From an uncultured Planctomycetia bacterium (GTDB lineage Bacteria; Omnitrophota; Gorgyraeia; Duberdicusellales; 4484-171): DNA of 32,000 nt. The notes beneath the pieces are model-generated. The model had not been told where the DNA came from and did not search any database. It saw nothing but the letters and a program-made list of their open reading frames with translations. Positions within the stretch are counted from its first letter, which is position 1. Each line of letters begins with the position of its first letter. The stretch lies in contig CAZHYN010000001.1 of NCBI GenBank assembly GCA_964536865.1, positions 150,001 through 182,000 of the forward strand. Direction: 5' to 3'. Of the stretch, positions 9,207 to 18,160 are shown piece after piece. The position numbers and the translations under genes are program-made.

Positions 9207-9335
9207 AAAAATAAATTTAGGCAAGATATTTTTAAAAGTTGTCTGTCTGCCCCACAAAACAAGAAGAAATTTTGCCTGATTTATAAGGAAATCAGACAAA
9301 AGTAGTACACTAATATGTCAAGAGGAGGTGAATTT

Positions 9336-9632
9336 ATGCAGGATTTTTTAAAAAAAGTATTCAATTTGGGTTTAGGGGTTTTTAGTGTAACTAAGGAGAA
9401 AGTAGAAGAAATTGTAAAGGAGTTGGTTAAAAAAGGTGAAGTCGGTCAGGAGGAAGGTAAAAAATTAGTCAATGAATTGCTGGAGAAAGGAGAAAAAAGC
9501 AGGAAAGAATTAGAAGCTCAGATTGAAAAAATAGTTAAAGGTATAGTAGAAAGATTAGATTTAGCAACACGTAAAGAATTAAATGAGCTTAAATCTGAAA
9601 TAGAACAATTAAAGGAAAAGTTGGATAAGTAA
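9336..9632 (+). CDS. Phasin-like coiled-coil protein (COG3937-type)
   Basis: The ORF is open from 9315, but GGAGG at 9324-9328 favours the ATG at 9336. FLKKVFNLGLGVFSVTKEKVEEIVKELVKKGEV followed by KE-rich coiled coil matches the small phasin-like proteins commonly found next to ABC1 kinases. Confidence 0.6.
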   Translation: MQDFLKKVFNLGLGVFSVTKEKVEEIVKELVKKGEVGQEEGKKLVNELLEKGEKSRKELEAQIEKIVKGIVERLDLATRKELNELKSEIEQLKEKLDK

Positions 9633-9649
9633 GAAGAAAATTAAATTTA

Positions 9650-11317
9650 ATGCTTCCAGGCATTGCCCAGAAGATTCATAATATTCAAAGATTACACCAG
9701 ATACTTCAGGTTCTCATCACGTATGGTTTTGGCTATATAGTTGACCGTTTAAATATTAAAAGAAGATTTATTAAATTTAAACCTCTCAAGAAGCCAGATG
9801 TATCCAGCCGACCTCTCCCCGTTAGAGTTCGCAAGGTATTAGAGGAACTGGGACCTACATTTATTAAATTAGGTCAGATATTAAGCACACGTCCTGACCT
9901 TATCCCATTAGAATTTTGTAAGGAATTTGAGAAATTGCAGGATGAAGCTCCTATTATTGAATATGAGAAAGTAAAAGCGCAAATTGAGAATGAACTTAAA
10001 CATCCTATAAATAAAATATTTAGTAATTTTTCTTCCCAACCTATAGCAGCAGCTTCTTTAGCACAGGTGCATTTAGCAGAATTGAAAACAGGCAGAAAGG
10101 TTGTTGTAAAAGTTCAAAGACCCAATATAAAAAAAGTAATTATCACTGACTTAGAGATTTTATATGGATTAGCTAAACTGGGAGAAAAGTATATTAAAGA
10201 AAGTCAAATCTATAATCCTGTAGGAGTGGTAGAAGAGTTTAAAAAAACAATTCTGAAAGAGATAGATTTTAATATAGAAGCAAATAATATTGAAAGATTC
10301 CGAAGAAATTTTAAGGATGATGACACAGTGTATGTTCCTCAAGTTTTTCGGGATTTATCAACAGCAAAAATCTTAACTATAGAAAGAATTGAAGGGATAA
10401 AGATAACTGATATAGAGAGAATAGAAAAATCAGGATTGAATAGAAAACAGATAGCCATAAACGGAGCCAATGCTGTATTAAAGCAGATTTTTATTCACCG
10501 ATTTTTTCATGCCGACCCTCATCCTGGCAATATATTTGTTTTAGATAACAATAGGATTGCCTTCGTAGACTATGGTATGGTAGGTCGTCTGGATGAAGAA
10601 ACAAAATTTCAACTTGCCAGTATTTTAACTGGTGTTGTTGAGCAGGATGTATCAGGAATAATTGATTCTCTTATTGTGATGGGAGCAGTAGAAGAGGCAG
10701 ATATTAAGAGATTAAGTTTAGATTTAGAAGAGCTTATGGATAGTTATTATGGGATTCCATTAAAAGAGTTAAAGATGGGTCAGTTTTTGATGGATATAAT
10801 AAATGTTGTTTTGCAAAATAAAATAAAGATACCGCCCAGTTTATTTCTTTTAAGTAAAGCATTAATAACTATTGAAGGTGTGGGGAAAAAATTAGACCCT
10901 GAGTTTAATGTGGCTCTTTGTATAAAACCATTTGTGGAAAAATTGGTAAGAGAAAAGTATAGTCTTAAGAGGATAGCAAAAGAGTTGAAGAAATTTACAA
11001 AAGAATTGTATGTTTTTACAAGTTCATTACCGAAAGATTTAAGCTTAATTTTCAATAAGATAAAGAAAGGAAACTTAAAAGTAGAATTTGAGCACAAAGG
11101 CTTAAAAAACTTCATACTCCAGATGGATAAGGTAAGTAATCGGATTGCTTTTAGTGTAATTATTGCTGCTTTGATTATAGGTTCTTCTATAATAATGCAG
11201 ACTAATAGAGGTCCTCTGTTTTTGGGTTTTCCTGTATTGGGTATTTTTGGCTTTCTTATTGCCGGGATTTTAGGATTATGGTTAGTTATAGCAATATTGC
11301 GTTCAGGTAAATTATAA
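9650..11317 (+). CDS. ABC1/UbiB-family atypical protein kinase with a C-terminal membrane anchor
   Basis: The ABC1 signature LGPTFIKLGQILSTRPDLIP is present, along with AAASLAQVH, the catalytic-loop-like HADPHPGNIFV, and DYGMVG. Two C-terminal TM helices follow. Confidence 0.9.
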   Translation: MLPGIAQKIHNIQRLHQILQVLITYGFGYIVDRLNIKRRFIKFKPLKKPDVSSRPLPVRVRKVLEELGPTFIKLGQILSTRPDLIPLEFCKEFEKLQDEAPIIEYEKVKAQIENELKHPINKIFSNFSSQPIAAASLAQVHLAELKTGRKVVVKVQRPNIKKVIITDLEILYGLAKLGEKYIKESQIYNPVGVVEEFKKTILKEIDFNIEANNIERFRRNFKDDDTVYVPQVFRDLSTAKILTIERIEGIKITDIERIEKSGLNRKQIAINGANAVLKQIFIHRFFHADPHPGNIFVLDNNRIAFVDYGMVGRLDEETKFQLASILTGVVEQDVSGIIDSLIVMGAVEEADIKRLSLDLEELMDSYYGIPLKELKMGQFLMDIINVVLQNKIKIPPSLFLLSKALITIEGVGKKLDPEFNVALCIKPFVEKLVREKYSLKRIAKELKKFTKELYVFTSSLPKDLSLIFNKIKKGNLKVEFEHKGLKNFILQMDKVSNRIAFSVIIAALIIGSSIIMQTNRGPLFLGFPVLGIFGFLIAGILGLWLVIAILRSGKL

Positions 11318-11318
11318 G

Positions 11319-12305
11319 ATGAGGGTTTTTAAGAAGAAAAAATTAAAAATTGGTTTAGCTTTGGGAAGTGGTGCAGCAAGAGGGTTAGCTCACATTGGGG
11401 TGGTGAAGGCGTTGATAGAAGAAGGAATTCCTATAGATTATATTTCTGGTTCAAGCATAGGTGCGCTTGTGGGAGCATATTTTGCCAGCAAAGGTGAAGT
11501 AGCAACTTTTGAAGAGATGATTCTGGGAATAGAGTGGAAAAAACTTGCTCGCCTGATAGACCCCAATTTAGTTTTTATGCTTAAAGGACTTATCCATGGT
11601 CAGAAGATTAAGGAATTGTTGCAGGTTATTATTGGAGATATTGAATTTAAAGATTTAAAAATTCCTCTGGCAGTGGTAGCCACGGATACCAATACTGGTG
11701 AAGAAGTAATAATAAAAGAAGGCTCTGTTATAGAGGCAGTGAGAGCAAGTATATCTATGCCAGCAATATTTATGCCTGTTAAATATGGCAGAAGATTTTT
11801 AATAGATGGAGGGGTAGTTAACCCTGTCCCTGCTGGTGTAGTTAGAAACATGGGGGCTACATTTGTTATTGCTTGCAATGTGATTCGAAAATTGAAGAGA
11901 AATAAAAGTATACAAGTTCGTAAAAAGAAAACCTTCGGGTTAATTTCAAAATCTCAAGTTAAAAAAGATGTGAATTCTTTAAATGGCAGAGTTAATAAGA
12001 TCATTCAAAAAATGAATTTTAAAGATTTTTGGAAAGTTTTTGTTACTCTTCAGGCAAAAGTTCAGAAGAAAGTAAGAAGAATAGACCCAAATACACCAAA
12101 TATCTTTGAAGTTCTTATTCAATCAGTTTATCTTATGGAGTATGAGATAGCAAAATTAAAAGCAAAAGAGGCAGATATAGTAATAACACCTGATGTAGGT
12201 ATTTTAAAGGTTTTAGATTTTTATCACAGAAAAGAGGCGATAGTAAAAGGTTTTGAAGCAGCAAAAAGAGTGTTACCTAATATACGCAAATTAATAAAAT
12301 TTTGA
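11319..12305 (+). CDS. Patatin-like phospholipase
   Basis: It has the glycine-rich oxyanion motif GLALGSGAARG, the nucleophile GSSIG (GxSxG), and the catalytic dyad Asp in IDGGV. Confidence 0.9.
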   Translation: MRVFKKKKLKIGLALGSGAARGLAHIGVVKALIEEGIPIDYISGSSIGALVGAYFASKGEVATFEEMILGIEWKKLARLIDPNLVFMLKGLIHGQKIKELLQVIIGDIEFKDLKIPLAVVATDTNTGEEVIIKEGSVIEAVRASISMPAIFMPVKYGRRFLIDGGVVNPVPAGVVRNMGATFVIACNVIRKLKRNKSIQVRKKKTFGLISKSQVKKDVNSLNGRVNKIIQKMNFKDFWKVFVTLQAKVQKKVRRIDPNTPNIFEVLIQSVYLMEYEIAKLKAKEADIVITPDVGILKVLDFYHRKEAIVKGFEAAKRVLPNIRKLIKF

Positions 12306-13486
12306 TGAAAAACAAATTTTTAAAAGGGATAGGGCTAAATGTTATTTTTTTAGGATTGACCAGTTTTATAAACGATATCTCAAGTGATATGATTTTTGCT
12401 GTTATGCCTTTTTTTATCACCTCTTTAGGTGGAGGAGGTATTGCTGTAGGGTTAATTAGTGGGTTGGGAGATAGTATTTCTGGGATATTGAAAGTTTTCT
12501 CAGGGTATTTATCAGATAAATTTGGCAGAAAGATGCCTTTTGTATTTGGAGGGTATTTTATTTCTTCCATTATGAAATTTTTATTTCCCTTTGCAAAGAC
12601 ATGGTCAACTTTAGCATTTTTAATACCTCTTGAGCGGGTTGGAAAAGGTTTACGCACAGCTCCCAGAGACGCTGTTATAGCTACTTCAGCTTCATCTTTC
12701 TCAAAAGGCAAAGCTTTTGGGATACACCGTACATTAGATACTTTGGGTGCTTTTTTAGGGGCTTTGGGTGCTTTTTTCTTTTTCTGGTTTTTGAAATTAG
12801 AGCTTAAATCAATTTTATTTATAGCAGCAATAATTGGATTTTTTGCTTTATTACCTTTGTTATTTGTTAAAGAAAATAAGAGTCTCTCTTTAAGTCTATC
12901 TTTAAGGATAAGTTTGAAAAGTTTGTCTTCAGATTTTAAGTGGTATTTAATAGCAGCAACCCTTTTTGCTTTAGGGAATTTTAGTTATATGTTTTTTATT
13001 TTAAAATCAAAAATCGTCTTTGAGGATATATTTAATCCGCGATTAGCTACAGCTTTACCTATTCTTTTTTATGTCTGGTTTAATATTATTTATGCTTTTT
13101 CCTCAACCCCTGCAGGTATACTCTCAGATAAAATAGGTAGAAAGAAGACACTTATTTTAGGTTATCTTATTTATACATTTACCTGCGCAGGATTTACTTT
13201 AGCTAACTTTTGGGTTACATTTATAATTCTGTTTGCTATGTATGGTTTATCTTTTGGGATAATAGAAGGGGTGAGTCGTGCTTATGCAGCTGATTTTGTA
13301 TCTGAAAATCTTAAAGGCACAGCTTTAGGTATATTTCATACCTGTATTAGTTTAGCAGTCTTACCAGGAGGAATAATTGCAGGAATATTCTGGAGTTTTA
13401 ATTCTAATTTTACATTTATCTATGGTGCAGCTTTGGGAGTTTTGTCTATCCTGTTTTTGGCGAGGGTTAACCCTAAGAGGATATAG
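12305..13486 (+). CDS. MFS transporter
   Basis: About 12 predicted TM segments are present, with MFS loop motifs (SDKFGRKMP, SDKIGRKKT) in each half. The supplied ORF starts at a TTG (12302). The ATG at 12305 overlaps the patatin stop (TGATG) and is preferred. Confidence 0.8.
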   Translation: MKNKFLKGIGLNVIFLGLTSFINDISSDMIFAVMPFFITSLGGGGIAVGLISGLGDSISGILKVFSGYLSDKFGRKMPFVFGGYFISSIMKFLFPFAKTWSTLAFLIPLERVGKGLRTAPRDAVIATSASSFSKGKAFGIHRTLDTLGAFLGALGAFFFFWFLKLELKSILFIAAIIGFFALLPLLFVKENKSLSLSLSLRISLKSLSSDFKWYLIAATLFALGNFSYMFFILKSKIVFEDIFNPRLATALPILFYVWFNIIYAFSSTPAGILSDKIGRKKTLILGYLIYTFTCAGFTLANFWVTFIILFAMYGLSFGIIEGVSRAYAADFVSENLKGTALGIFHTCISLAVLPGGIIAGIFWSFNSNFTFIYGAALGVLSILFLARVNPKRI

Positions 13487-13500
13487 GATTAGGAACAAGA

Positions 13501-13890
13501 ATGGAAATTATTAAGAAACCAAAAGCACCTTTTGAGAAATATCTTGGGATAAAGATAATTGAAACCAAAGATGGCTATGCTAAAGTAAAGATGCCTTATC
13601 AGGAGGAATTTACTAATCCCCAAGGCTTAATCCATGGAGGAGCTATTGTATCTTTAGCGGATACTGCTATGGCAGTGGCTATTTTCTCTAAATATTTGCA
13701 TAGTTCTTTTTATACTGTAAAGTTAGAGATAAAATTCAGGTCACCTTCTAAGAGAGGAGAAATATTTGCCGAAGCAAATATAGTAAATAAGAGAGGGAAG
13801 TTTATTTTTGGCAGGGTAGAGGTAAAAGATAAGGAGGGTAAGCTATTAGCGCAAGTTTCAACTACTTTTTATCTTATTAATAAGGAGTAA
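13501..13890 (+). CDS. PaaI/4HBT-type hotdog-fold acyl-CoA thioesterase
   Basis: The motif NPQGLIHGGAIVSLADTAMAVA and a size of about 130 aa are typical of PaaI-family thioesterases. Confidence 0.8.
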   Translation: MEIIKKPKAPFEKYLGIKIIETKDGYAKVKMPYQEEFTNPQGLIHGGAIVSLADTAMAVAIFSKYLHSSFYTVKLEIKFRSPSKRGEIFAEANIVNKRGKFIFGRVEVKDKEGKLLAQVSTTFYLINKE

Positions 13891-13916
13891 GATAGATATT
13901 AGAAATTATATCTAAA

Positions 13917-14319
13917 GATAACCAGGGCAAAACCATCCCCGATACCAAAACCGCAAAACGCTCCTACCCTCAAGATTCAGCCCAAACTGATATCCAGCTT
14001 ACTGCCTATAACCTCGCCTATAAATACTTAAAAGGCGAAGAACCAGCCTCTTTCTGCTTTGATGTAATGGTCCGCACCAAACAACCCAAAGTCCAAACCC
14101 TACAATCTCCACCCACAACTCAAGCCGAGCTTACTCACTTTCTTAAACTCATTGGTTCAATCGCAAAAGCAATTAAAACCGGTATCTTCCCTCTCCGTCC
14201 GAACCTTTAGTGGAGGAGGATACCCTTGCGAGAACCAACAGGTGTGTTTTTGGTGTGGGTATAGGTTTATCCTAAGCCGAACTTGTTCTGGTTTAGGGGA
14301 AGTGTGTAAGAGGTGGTGA
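13917..14319 (+). pseudogene. C-terminal remnant of a PD-(D/E)XK (Cas4/AddB-like) nuclease, 5'-truncated and frameshifted
   Basis: My own translation gives ...IPDTKTAKRS...DIQLTAYNLAYKYL...ELTHFLKLIGSIAKAIKTGIFPLRPNL* with the stop at 14208. The +1 frame from 14200 continues as ...GGGYPCENQQVCFWCGYRFILSRTCS...*. This matches the DxK(T)xK, QLxxY and C-terminal Cys-cluster layout of Cas4-type nucleases. There is no N-terminal half and no start codon. One 60-nt line here is about 52% GC and strongly C-rich. Confidence 0.55.
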
Positions 14320-14368
14320 ATTCTCTTTTGCCCTTCCAGAGGCCCTGTAAAAGGGCAAGGTAAAGCAA

Positions 14369-14860
14369 ATGATAACAGATGTATTAGAATACAGTTTAAA
14401 CAAGGAATTAGAAGCCATACAGAGATACTCAAATATATTGTGTCCACTATGTAAGGGAAGCCCTAAGATACATAAAAAATAAGAAGTTACTTCCTTCTAT
14501 AAGAGAGAAGGCCTATAATCTCTATAAAGTAAAAACAAAGAACGAATTCCTGAGTAAATTAAATACCTTCAAAAAAGAATACCAGGATAAAGAGCCTAAA
14601 TTTTTTAATATTTTACTTAAAAACATAGACAAAACTTTAACTTTTTATAAATACCCTGCTAAATTTCATTCCTTAATAAAAAGCACCAATTTAATAGAGA
14701 GATTCTTAAAAGATTAGAACAACTAACCAGGATAGAGGGCAGGATTTAGAGAGAAAAAAGTGTCAATAGGGTATTTATTTTTTAGTTGAAAGGTTTAATA
14801 TGGGAATAGGTGGTTATAGCCTTTATGAATTTACATACTTTTGTTGACAGAACCAATGTA
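14369..14860 (+). mobile_element. Degraded IS256-family (Mutator-like) transposase remnant, in several frames with internal deletion
   Basis: My own translation of 14369-14482 gives MITDVLEY..., comparable to the IS256 MTDVLYIKV catalytic-D region. Translation of 14484-14717 gives KLLPSIREKAYNLYKVKTKNEFLSKLNTFKKEYQDKEPKFF...YKYPAKFHSLIKSTNLIERFLKD*, which resembles the conserved C-terminal block of IS256 Tnp ending KSTNLIERLN. Shifted frames after 14707 give ...KRLEQLTRIEGRI*, then FREKK... The end coordinate is approximate. Confidence 0.6.
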
Positions 14861-14869
14861 AGCGTTTTC

Positions 14870-14898
14870 TTGACATTCCCCTTTTTATATGTTATATA
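14870..14898 (+). promoter_or_regulatory. Strong sigma70-type promoter upstream of cvpA, NIF3, dnaG and rpoD
   Basis: The promoter reads TTGACA (14870-14875), 17 nt spacer, TATATA (14893-14898), about 24 nt before the cvpA ATG. A second TTGACA lies at 14844-14849. Confidence 0.6.
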
Positions 14899-14921
14899 CT
14901 AATTAATCCTTTGGTTGAGTA

Positions 14922-15500
14922 ATGAAAATAATAAAAAGCTTCCTTTTTATAGATTTACTGAGTATATTTCTTATACTAAGGATAATTTATATTGCCTTAA
15001 GAGAAGGGTTAATTTCTGAGGGAATAAAAGTCATAGGAAGTTGGTGTGCACTCTTTTTTTCACTTCAGTACTACCCCTTACTTTTAGGTGGTTTTAAGAG
15101 CGAAGTCTTAAAGAGAGAATATTTAAATTTTTTCTCGTTCTTTCTCATATTTTTTGGGGTTTTGGCCCTTTTTTCTCTTCTCAGAAAGATGATAACTACT
15201 TTTGTTAAGAGAAAGAATAAAACTCTGATAGAGAATGCTATCTCTTTTCTACTGGGAGGTGTAAGAGCAGGAATCTTACTAATTGCTTTTGTTTTTTCCT
15301 TTTCACTTCTTTCCCCTAAGAAAAATATTTTTAGAGGAAGTTTATCTTTGAGAGTATTCTATAGGTTTGTTCCTAAAATCTATCTTTACTCTTTTAGGGT
15401 ATATAAGAAGTTATATCCTCAAGCAAAGTTAAATAAGGAGGTAAGAAGGAGCTATGAAGTTAAAGGAGATTTATCAAGAAGTAGTGAAGAAAGGAATTGA
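14922..15500 (+). CDS. cvpA: CvpA-family integral membrane protein
   Basis: It is a small four-TM protein whose N-terminus (FIDLLSIFLILRIIYIALREGLISE) resembles CvpA. Its 3' end overlaps the next gene by 47 nt. Confidence 0.6.
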   Translation: MKIIKSFLFIDLLSIFLILRIIYIALREGLISEGIKVIGSWCALFFSLQYYPLLLGGFKSEVLKREYLNFFSFFLIFFGVLALFSLLRKMITTFVKRKNKTLIENAISFLLGGVRAGILLIAFVFSFSLLSPKKNIFRGSLSLRVFYRFVPKIYLYSFRVYKKLYPQAKLNKEVRRSYEVKGDLSRSSEERN

Positions 15501-16413
15501 AGCTGATCCTCGAGGCAAAAAAGCAATTGAGAACGTTCTAAAAGAAAAGAAGGAAGCTTATCAGAAATTAAATAAAAAAGAAAAAGAATTCTTTGATGCT
15601 GATTCTTTGTTTAATCCTTTCGCTGATACCAGGATCCTATGGGGAGATCCCTCTTCCGAGATAAAGTCTATAATTGTAGGAATAGATGTGGAAGGGCAGG
15701 AATTTCTCTTGGTAGATTCCTTACGGCGGAAAGGAGTAAGTATTGATTTAATAGTGTCTCATCATCCACAAGGGCGTGCTTATGCTAATTTCTACGAAGT
15801 TATGGACTTACAGGTAGACATCTTTAAGGAGAAAGGAATTTCCTTAAGTAAAGTGGAAGCTCTTTTGGGGGAAAGAAAAGCCCAGGTGGAGAGACGGGTT
15901 TCTAGCGCTAATCATCAGAGAGCCATAGACTTTGCTCGTTTCCTTAATTTGAGTTTCTTCTGTATGCATACGCCTGCAGATAACTTAGCTTACCAGTATA
16001 TAAAGAAGTTGATGGATAAAGAAAAACCTAAAAGGATAAAAGATATATTAGATCTCCTTTTAGATATCCCTGAATATCGTGAGGCAGCTAGAAATAATAA
16101 TCCTCCTAAGATATTTTTAGGTAATAAAGAATCTAAAGTTTCTAAAATCCATATAGAGTTTACAGGAGGAACAGAAGGTCCTGAAAGTATCTATGAAAAC
16201 CTTTCTTCTGCAGGAGTAGATACTATCATTGCTATGCATCAGTCTGAGGAGCATTACCGAAAGTGTAAGCAAGCTAATATTAATGTTGTTGTTGCTTCCC
16301 ATATCGCTAGTGATACTTTAGGAGTAAATCTTATGCTTGATTACCTGCAAACCAAGGGGAAGTTTAGGATTTTAGAGTTCTCTGGATTTAGAAGATTTTC
16401 TCACAGGAAATGA
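15454..16413 (+). CDS. NIF3-like (DUF34) dinuclear metal centre protein
   Basis: It has the motif DLIVSHHPQG, a C-terminal MHQSEEH ... VVASHIASDTLG typical of NIF3/YbgI metal ligands, and a good SD (AAGGAG). Confidence 0.6.
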   Translation: MKLKEIYQEVVKKGIEADPRGKKAIENVLKEKKEAYQKLNKKEKEFFDADSLFNPFADTRILWGDPSSEIKSIIVGIDVEGQEFLLVDSLRRKGVSIDLIVSHHPQGRAYANFYEVMDLQVDIFKEKGISLSKVEALLGERKAQVERRVSSANHQRAIDFARFLNLSFFCMHTPADNLAYQYIKKLMDKEKPKRIKDILDLLLDIPEYREAARNNNPPKIFLGNKESKVSKIHIEFTGGTEGPESIYENLSSAGVDTIIAMHQSEEHYRKCKQANINVVVASHIASDTLGVNLMLDYLQTKGKFRILEFSGFRRFSHRK

Positions 16414-18158
16414 TACCTCAGCAGTTTATAGAGGAAGTTCAGGCAAGGACAGATATTGTAGATTTAATTTCTACCTATATACCCTTAAAAAGGACAGGAA
16501 GGAATTTTAAAGCTCTTTGCCCTTTTCATAATGAAAAGACACCCTCTTTCTTTGTCAGTCCTCAAAAGCAGATTTTTCACTGCTTCGGTTGTGGAGAGGG
16601 AGGAGGGGTAATTCAGTTTCTTATGCTTTTTGAGAAGGTAAGTTTTGTGGAAGCGGTAGAGATTTTAGCTAAAAGATTGGGATTAGAAATTCCTTATCAG
16701 AGAACAACCCTTCAAGATAGGTTAAAGACAGTCCTTTATGAATTAACAGATGAAGCTTCTAAGTTCTTTTTCGCTACACTCTTAACCACTCCTCAAGGAG
16801 AGGAGGCACGTAGATACTTCCTTAAGCGAGGGATAGATAGCGAGACAATAAGGCAGTTTCGTTTAGGTTATGCTCCGGGCAGAAATACTCTTTTAGAATT
16901 CATGCGTAAGAAGGGCTACAATTTAGAGATATTAGAAAAAGCCTCTTTGGTTATTCCTAAAAGAGAAGGGGGCTATCTGGATATGTTTCGAGAGAGGATA
17001 ATTTTTCCTATCTTTGATGTTAAAGGCAGAGCAGTAGGATTTGGGGCAAGAGTTCTTCGAGAGAGCAAAGATATCCCTAAATACATAAATTCCTTAGAGA
17101 ATCCTATTTATGAGAAAAGAAGCCATCTCTATGGGTTTAACTTCTCTAAAGAAGAAATTTCAAAAAGAGATTGGGTAATTGTTGTAGAAGGGTATTTTGA
17201 TATGATTACTCTATATCGGGAGGGGATAAGAAATATAGTCGCCTCTCTGGGGACAGCGTTAACCTTAGAGCAAATTAATCTCCTTAAGAGGTATACTAAG
17301 AATATCGTTCTTATTTTCGACTCTGATAAGGCTGGTCAACTTGCTACCTTACGAGCTCTGGATCTCCTTTTAGAGAATAGTTTAAAGATAGGAATCGTAA
17401 AAATGCCTCAAGGGTTCGATCCCGATTCTTTCGTAAGGAAGAAAGGTAAAGAGAAATTTCAGGAACTTCTTCAAGAGAAGTTAGATTTTTTTGATTATAA
17501 AATAAACGTATTGAAAGATACTTACGATTTGGATAGTATCGATGGAAAAAGTACGGTAGCAGAGGAGATGCTTCGGACAATAAATAGGATTACTAGAGAG
17601 GTAGAAAAGTATGAGTATATAAAGAGATTAGCTTCTCTTCTTTCGGTAAGAGAAGAAGTGCTTCTTTTGGAACTTAATCGAATGAAAGAACCCGCCTATC
17701 CGAAGAGTCCCCTCTCGGTTAAAAAAAAGATGGAGAAATCGCCTATGCCTATTACTGAGAAGTTACTGATTCAATTTATTCTAGCCAGTAAGAAGGCAGC
17801 AAAAGTGATAAAGAGGAATTTAGATGTAGAGTGTTTTTCTCATCCTTTAGCAAGGAAAATAATTTCTTTACTTTTTGATAATTTTATAGGAAATGAAAGT
17901 TTATCTGTTAATACTCTGTTAGGTATGATAGAAGACAAAGAGGTAACAAGTTTTATTTCGCAACTTCTTTTGGAAGATAAGGTATCTTTAACTAAAAAGC
18001 TCCTTAAAGATTGCATATTGAAACTCCGTCAGAGGAGAATTAAAGTTTTAAAAGAGGAGCTAAGAAAGAAAATAAAGGAAGCAGAGTCTAAGAGAGATGG
18101 GGAGAAAGTAAAAGAGTTAATTAGTCGGTATAAAGAGTTAAAAAGCGAGGTAAGATAA
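16410..18158 (+). CDS. dnaG: DNA primase
   Basis: The CHC2 zinc finger [29 protein letters not shown] is present, along with TOPRIM motifs ([17 protein letters not shown]). Confidence 0.95.
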   Translation: MIPQQFIEEVQARTDIVDLISTYIPLKRTGRNFKALCPFHNEKTPSFFVSPQKQIFHCFGCGEGGGVIQFLMLFEKVSFVEAVEILAKRLGLEIPYQRTTLQDRLKTVLYELTDEASKFFFATLLTTPQGEEARRYFLKRGIDSETIRQFRLGYAPGRNTLLEFMRKKGYNLEILEKASLVIPKREGGYLDMFRERIIFPIFDVKGRAVGFGARVLRESKDIPKYINSLENPIYEKRSHLYGFNFSKEEISKRDWVIVVEGYFDMITLYREGIRNIVASLGTALTLEQINLLKRYTKNIVLIFDSDKAGQLATLRALDLLLENSLKIGIVKMPQGFDPDSFVRKKGKEKFQELLQEKLDFFDYKINVLKDTYDLDSIDGKSTVAEEMLRTINRITREVEKYEYIKRLASLLSVREEVLLLELNRMKEPAYPKSPLSVKKKMEKSPMPITEKLLIQFILASKKAAKVIKRNLDVECFSHPLARKIISLLFDNFIGNESLSVNTLLGMIEDKEVTSFISQLLLEDKVSLTKKLLKDCILKLRQRRIKVLKEELRKKIKEAESKRDGEKVKELISRYKELKSEVR

Positions 18159-18160
18159 CA

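Noticed and set aside
9276-9295. Hairpin CTGATTT-ATAAGG-AAATCAG after the radical SAM gene
   Set aside because: The 7-bp stem is AT-rich with no following U-tract on either strand, so it is not convincing as an intrinsic terminator.
12277-12711. 144-aa minus-strand ORF antisense to the MFS transporter
   Set aside because: It is a shadow ORF. It has no motifs and overlaps the well-supported + strand patatin and MFS genes.
13892-13914. AT-only hairpin TAGATAT-N8-ATATCTA after the thioesterase stop
   Set aside because: The stem is all A/T and there is no T-run. Its stability is too low to call a terminator.
14157-14447. 96-aa minus-strand ORF in the intergenic debris region
   Set aside because: It lies antisense to the nuclease remnant and has low-complexity, Cys/His/Pro/Leu-rich composition. 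It has no SD and no recognisable motif. The + strand reading explains the region better, so the open frame is probably an accident of the GC-rich fragment.
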